Shown: in pieces, positions 60,501-64,000 of the stretch
How positions within the stretch are numbered: the stretch's first letter is position 1
Layout: every line of letters begins with the position of its first letter
Source of the DNA: Magallana gigas
Taxonomy: Eukaryota
Direction of reading: 5' to 3'
Length of the DNA stretch: 64,000 nt
Assembly (NCBI RefSeq): GCF_963853765.1
Contig: NC_088860.1
Location: 10,912,001-10,976,000, forward strand
Position numbers and translations under genes: made by a program
The notes under the pieces: model-generated
What the model was told of the DNA's origin: nothing
Seen by the model: the letters and a program-made list of their open reading frames with translations, nothing else
The model's database searches: none

Positions 60501-61423
60501 GTTGTGTGATACAAATGTATTTCCTAACTGTCTTTACAATTTTGAAAATGGTATATTATTAAACAAAGATTTAATGGGTTTACCAAAATAGTCTTTCAGG
60601 AAATTTATATATGTTTAAGTGCAATAATACAAGAAGTTTTCTTTATATATCTCTGAATTTATAGATATTAACTTAAGTCTAAAGTGTGTGCAATATTGGC
60701 AGTCGTGTGCACTACATCTAGTTGCTTCATATGAGAACATACACCAAATATCTGAAAGAATGAGGAAATTTGTACAGATTGAAGCTAGCTTTAGTCTAAA
60801 GTGACACTTCATACACAATTTTCTATAAAGTGAATTATAAGTGAATGACACTTTAGGAGTACACACTGAATTAGTTTTTTAAAAAAAATATAGAGAATTT
60901 CGATGACATCAGTAATAAAAAAAAAAAACTAAATAAATACTATTATAAACAGGAAATTTAACCTTGTGTGGTATTGATGTAAGCGCGCTCTCTCTCTCTC
61001 TCTCTCTGTGTACTAGCTAGACAACAACAAAAACTGGCAAGCAAGTAGCTTGCAAACAATTCATTCAAACGATTCATGTAATTTTCAATGGTATGGGATT
61101 ATGGTAAACTTTCAATGTCACAATCTGAATTGGGGGCTGCCAAATTTAGGGTTTACCATAAAGAAGGACTTTTCCTGTACATCTCAAAACTCTGGATAAA
61201 CTATCCTGAGTACTGGGGAGGATCACTATAACAAATATAAGTCTTTTCCAGGTACACCCAAGAGAAAGAGTACTACACCATGGCCCTGAGAGACATGACC
61301 CCCAAACAGATGATCCAGCAGAGGCACCAGTTCTCCCGCTGGCAGCGCTGCAAGTCAAGCTGTCTGTGTTTCGGTCGACGCAGTCGAATGATCAACATGG
61401 AAAACGAGGATGATGCAGACTAG
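51572..61423 (+). CDS. RHOBTB: Rho-related BTB domain protein (RhoBTB1/2-like), 696 aa, 8 coding exons
   Basis: join(51572-51763,52046-52149,52584-52775,53017-53939,54054-54172,54337-54576,59744-59892,61252-61423) = 2091 nt, phase-consistent with GT-AG introns. Hallmarks: [48 protein letters not shown], a split first BTB domain, a second BTB ([11 protein letters not shown]), and [21 protein letters not shown]. Confidence 0.93.
55232..56899 (-). CDS. B-box1/B-box2/coiled-coil/NHL-like beta-propeller protein (RING-less TRIM-NHL-like), 555 aa, single coding exon, nested in RhoBTB intron 6
   Basis: ORF with B-box1 [26 protein letters not shown]-box2 [26 protein letters not shown], a helical coiled region, and NHL-type blades ([49 protein letters not shown]). 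An acceptor CTTTGTAG| lies at 56968/56966 upstream of the ATG. Confidence 0.9.
   Translation of the reverse strand: MALIAEKIDCGKCAKPAECVCKTCGENFCEKCKRQHLKSKSTKNHQLSPLAFSDRDECVLHTTHTYDMCCKDCDVPVCVKCVTENHVGHVFVEKEMLYQQKKDTVLSIISTLKNKLVPKCKDTHNQVLENITNCKQVMANIRGRIRDTAQEIKSLVDAVLEKNMATLERMEISLLQKLLSEESTISDQLTLLTDKLDDLEYRYQNCTPAQLMLTADTKLPLKEENIPYPKQLTLPEYHSKSIPEDKISRLFGEIIESPDAMEVPITPVHDLGNLYNNMTFPVQKVIGFAPSDIQYGRHISCMRNSCAWVSDRLSNMTLVNIQGTTLDTFSIKSKGDGYHCATMTNNLLYIDKAMKRISKLLPKEKKVESLFSIPKTWAAISIHSSWINEDILIGMHNKQEAKIVRFESTGKELETIQRNSKTGEDLYCYPHYITEGPTGDVCASDFEKFSVITVNRKGEYKFTYKGPKKAQFFPHGICTDKVGNILVCDNQCKYRIHMLDPDGVFLRFLLSKDDGILEPLGLCIDDCNNLWLGQRGKEFVSVFKYNTHVNENLYM
57513..57582 (-). other. Probable 5' non-coding exon of the nested B-box/NHL gene
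   Basis: Minus-strand acceptor CCTAATTTCAG| and donor CAG|GTAACA bound a 70-nt segment. Confidence 0.45.
59945..60154. mobile_element. MITE with TA target duplication, in RhoBTB intron 7
   Basis: TA|CTATATACAGGGTTATTTCACCCCC ... GGGGGTGAGTAACTTCCCTGTATACAG|TA. Confidence 0.7.
60988..61007. repeat. (CT)10 microsatellite
   Basis: Uninterrupted CT run. Confidence 0.9.
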
Positions 61424-63003
61424 GGGAATTGTCAGTGAGGAGCGTGTCAATCAAATCGGGATCTTGGTCAGCAACAGAGCTAGTCAGTCAGTCATTGTAT
61501 GGGAAATTTCAGTCAGTTCTTGCAGTATTCCGTGTCTGTACGATTGTAATATGTAACATGCTTTTTATTGTGAAGTCTGTTATTTATTTCTTGCTAAATA
61601 TGAGAAATAATCGGCCTGATTATATACTGCCGGTGTTGTATGTAGAACCCTATAGTTCTTATACAGGCAATAATTCTTCTTACTTTTGATGTCTCACTTT
61701 TATTCTTTAGGCAAGATTGCATGAGACAATATTCTTGATTAATTATTTTGAATAACGAATAGGTAACAAATAATGGACATTAAAAATAGAATTAACCAAT
61801 ACTTAAATTTGATAATAGTAAAACTAGAAACACTAAATGTCACCTGCCATTCAAATATCCCAGCCATTACATTATTGTAAAGCATAGTTTATATGATAAA
61901 GATATTTTATTTTTATTCATGATCAAAATCTGTTTGACAACTGTGATACCTAATGGAAACGTTACCGGTACTAGTTGAAAGTAATGGATATGTGTCTGAT
62001 ACCATTTATGCATAGACATGATACACATGCACCCACACTACAACTGTACGGGTCATTTTAGTATAATCTCATGTTTAAGTCTATTTATATATTTTGCAAG
62101 TGCTTAATGCTGTGAACATTTTCAAATAAACAGACACCCATCACAATAACAATGTGACCGTGCACTTTAAATATTGTCAGAGTAAAAATTGTTACTTCGA
62201 AATTTTAGAAAAATACCTGTTTATAGAACAGGTATGATAATTACAGAATATGGTCCATAGGAAGTGTCTGATTTTTTTTTTTTAAATTTACCATTGATAT
62301 TATGGGTCTTTCCTTTTTTTCTGTGATAGTTCTTGTGTTTACAGTATAAAGAAACATTTTTCATAGGATGCATGCATCCATTGTATAATTCTGAAATATT
62401 TGGCAGAATCTTTTAACACAACAGAAAAGTTTAGCAGATTCTTGCCAAATTTTTTCTAAAATATCAACAGCATTTCAATGATCCATGTAACAATGTTATT
62501 GCTTTATATATATATACATATAATACATGTTATTATTTATCCTTTCCAATAAGTATGTGATCTTGTAATTTAATATTCTAAGGGTAATTGTTATTTGCAC
62601 CGGTAGTAGAAATACATGTAGTCATATTATTGTGATTGTTGGAATTATAAGCACCGCGTGTATCACACAGTAAGATGTCTGACCATTAGTTGTTTGTGAG
62701 GAACCAGTGAAAGAGACAGCGGGTCTTGAGACATACCACTCTTTTCTAAACATTCAGGATTCTTCATAATATGTGTCTTCATTTCTCACTTCTCTTTTCC
62801 TCTTTACTAAGACATCTTTAATACCTATTTTCTTCGTGTTTGAGCAAGTCTTTCAGAAACATTTGTCATGTTTTTATTTTAAGATTCTGTAATTTCCTTT
62901 TTTTTAGCAGTCTGCAGAAGTGAAACCAATTTTCTAAAACCATGATTGATTTGAAATTGATTCTCAACTTTAAAAAATTTAATATATATTTTACTCGGTA
63001 ATA

Positions 63004-63177
63004 CAGTAAAACACGGTTATAGCGAACACGCTTATAATGAATTAACGCTTACAGCGAAGTGAATTTCATTCCCCAAGTCTCTATTTCATGTTGTAAACTT
63101 GACGGATATAACGAATTACGCTTATAACGAAGTTAAATTGGCCGTCCCTGGGACTTCGTTATAAGCGTGTTTTACTG
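63004..63177. mobile_element. MITE with TA target duplication (Tc1/mariner-pogo type)
   Basis: TA|CAGTAAAACACGGTTATAGCGAA ... TTCGTTATAAGCGTGTTTTACTG|TA, CpG-rich and apparently young. Confidence 0.85.
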
Positions 63178-64000
63178 TAGTTCTAATTGTTTTGTGGGTT
63201 TTTTTCTGTGTGAACCTGCATATATGTTTGATAAACATTAACAGAGAAGGAAAAAGAAATGTTTTACAATGTATCTTATGACTCTGAGCTAGGACTTCTT
63301 TTAAGTATTGCCATGACAGTGTCTTAATAATGTCACGCTGCAAATAGTAAAACAACCAAAGGTTTTTGTTTAACAAGGCATACTTTTTTCTAAGGTGACT
63401 CATATAAATATTAAACTTACACTATGATAAATTTAATTCAAGGCTTTTATAATGAAGATATACTTCTATTATTGCTCACACACATATAAATAGTGCTTCA
63501 TTTAATTTACAAATAATAAAGTGCTTTCCTTCAAAAAAGGAATATCTTCCTCAAGCATTTTTATTACACTTTTTTAACCGACTTTTTATAGACTTATTGC
63601 TGATGAAAACATAGTGCTCCTCACACCCTCTTGTTTTATTCCTGATGGAAACACAGTGCTACCTTACTTGATATATATATTTACTTTACATGTTTTTCTT
63701 AATTCTTCTTTTGCTTTTGATAATTTGTATTGCTTGTACATCATGTGTACAATGAAATAGTAGCTTATATTTTAAGCACAATTATTTATTAAGGGCTGGT
63801 AGTTGCATGGTTGCCTGAGACTGTTTTTTATAACAGTATTTTTTTTTCAAGTGTTGCTTTCCTTCATTTTTTTTCCATCCCATTGTTGCCAAAAGCATTA
63901 TTTTAAAATGCAATTGTAGGTAGATTTAATTAAATTAATTAAATCAATTAAGAAATAACATTGTTTTTTGATAAAGTAGGTGTTTAGAATTTGGTTTTTT

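Noticed and set aside
61424-64000. Sequence downstream of RhoBTB
   Set aside because: It looks like AT-rich 3'UTR or intergenic DNA. Apart from the MITE at 63004-63177 I found no supportable feature.

Overview
AT-rich, intron-containing eukaryotic genomic DNA. The repeat families (Helentron-type elements starting TTTTAGCTCACCTGAGC with ~150-180 bp internal satellite units) and a RING-less B-box/NHL gene fit a bivalve, most likely an oyster of the Crassostrea/Magallana type. The species is my inference and was not verified. Following splice sites and reading-frame phase by hand gives eight protein-coding gene models: a 2-exon RING protein (-), a 2-exon 134-aa orphan (-), a Sox30/SoxH-like HMG-box factor (+, 8 exons, 1283 aa), family-1 uracil-DNA glycosylase UNG (-, 8 exons), an RNF24/RNF122-like TM RING-H2 ligase (+, 5 coding exons), drebrin-like/Abp1 DBNL (-, 13 exons), RhoBTB (+, 8 coding exons), and a B-box/coiled-coil/NHL gene nested antisense in RhoBTB intron 6. 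Six of these genes form three head-to-head pairs (orphan/SoxH, UNG/RNF, DBNL/RhoBTB). Many non-autonomous transposons are present (Helentron-like elements, TA-target MITEs, a Kolobok-like element, fold-back palindromes), plus one 145-N assembly gap. I found no rRNA, intact tRNA, CRISPR array or autonomous transposase. The best leads are: (1) the SoxH-orphan pair, whose ATGs are 154 bp apart around three phased CRE-like motifs and an RFX half-site, a candidate germline module with an unknown small protein; (2) a possible UNG1/UNG2-like dual N-terminus; (3) a RhoBTB uORF whose 13-nt start context is identical to that of the main ORF; (4) the nested TRIM-like gene. All exon models are unvalidated by transcript data.
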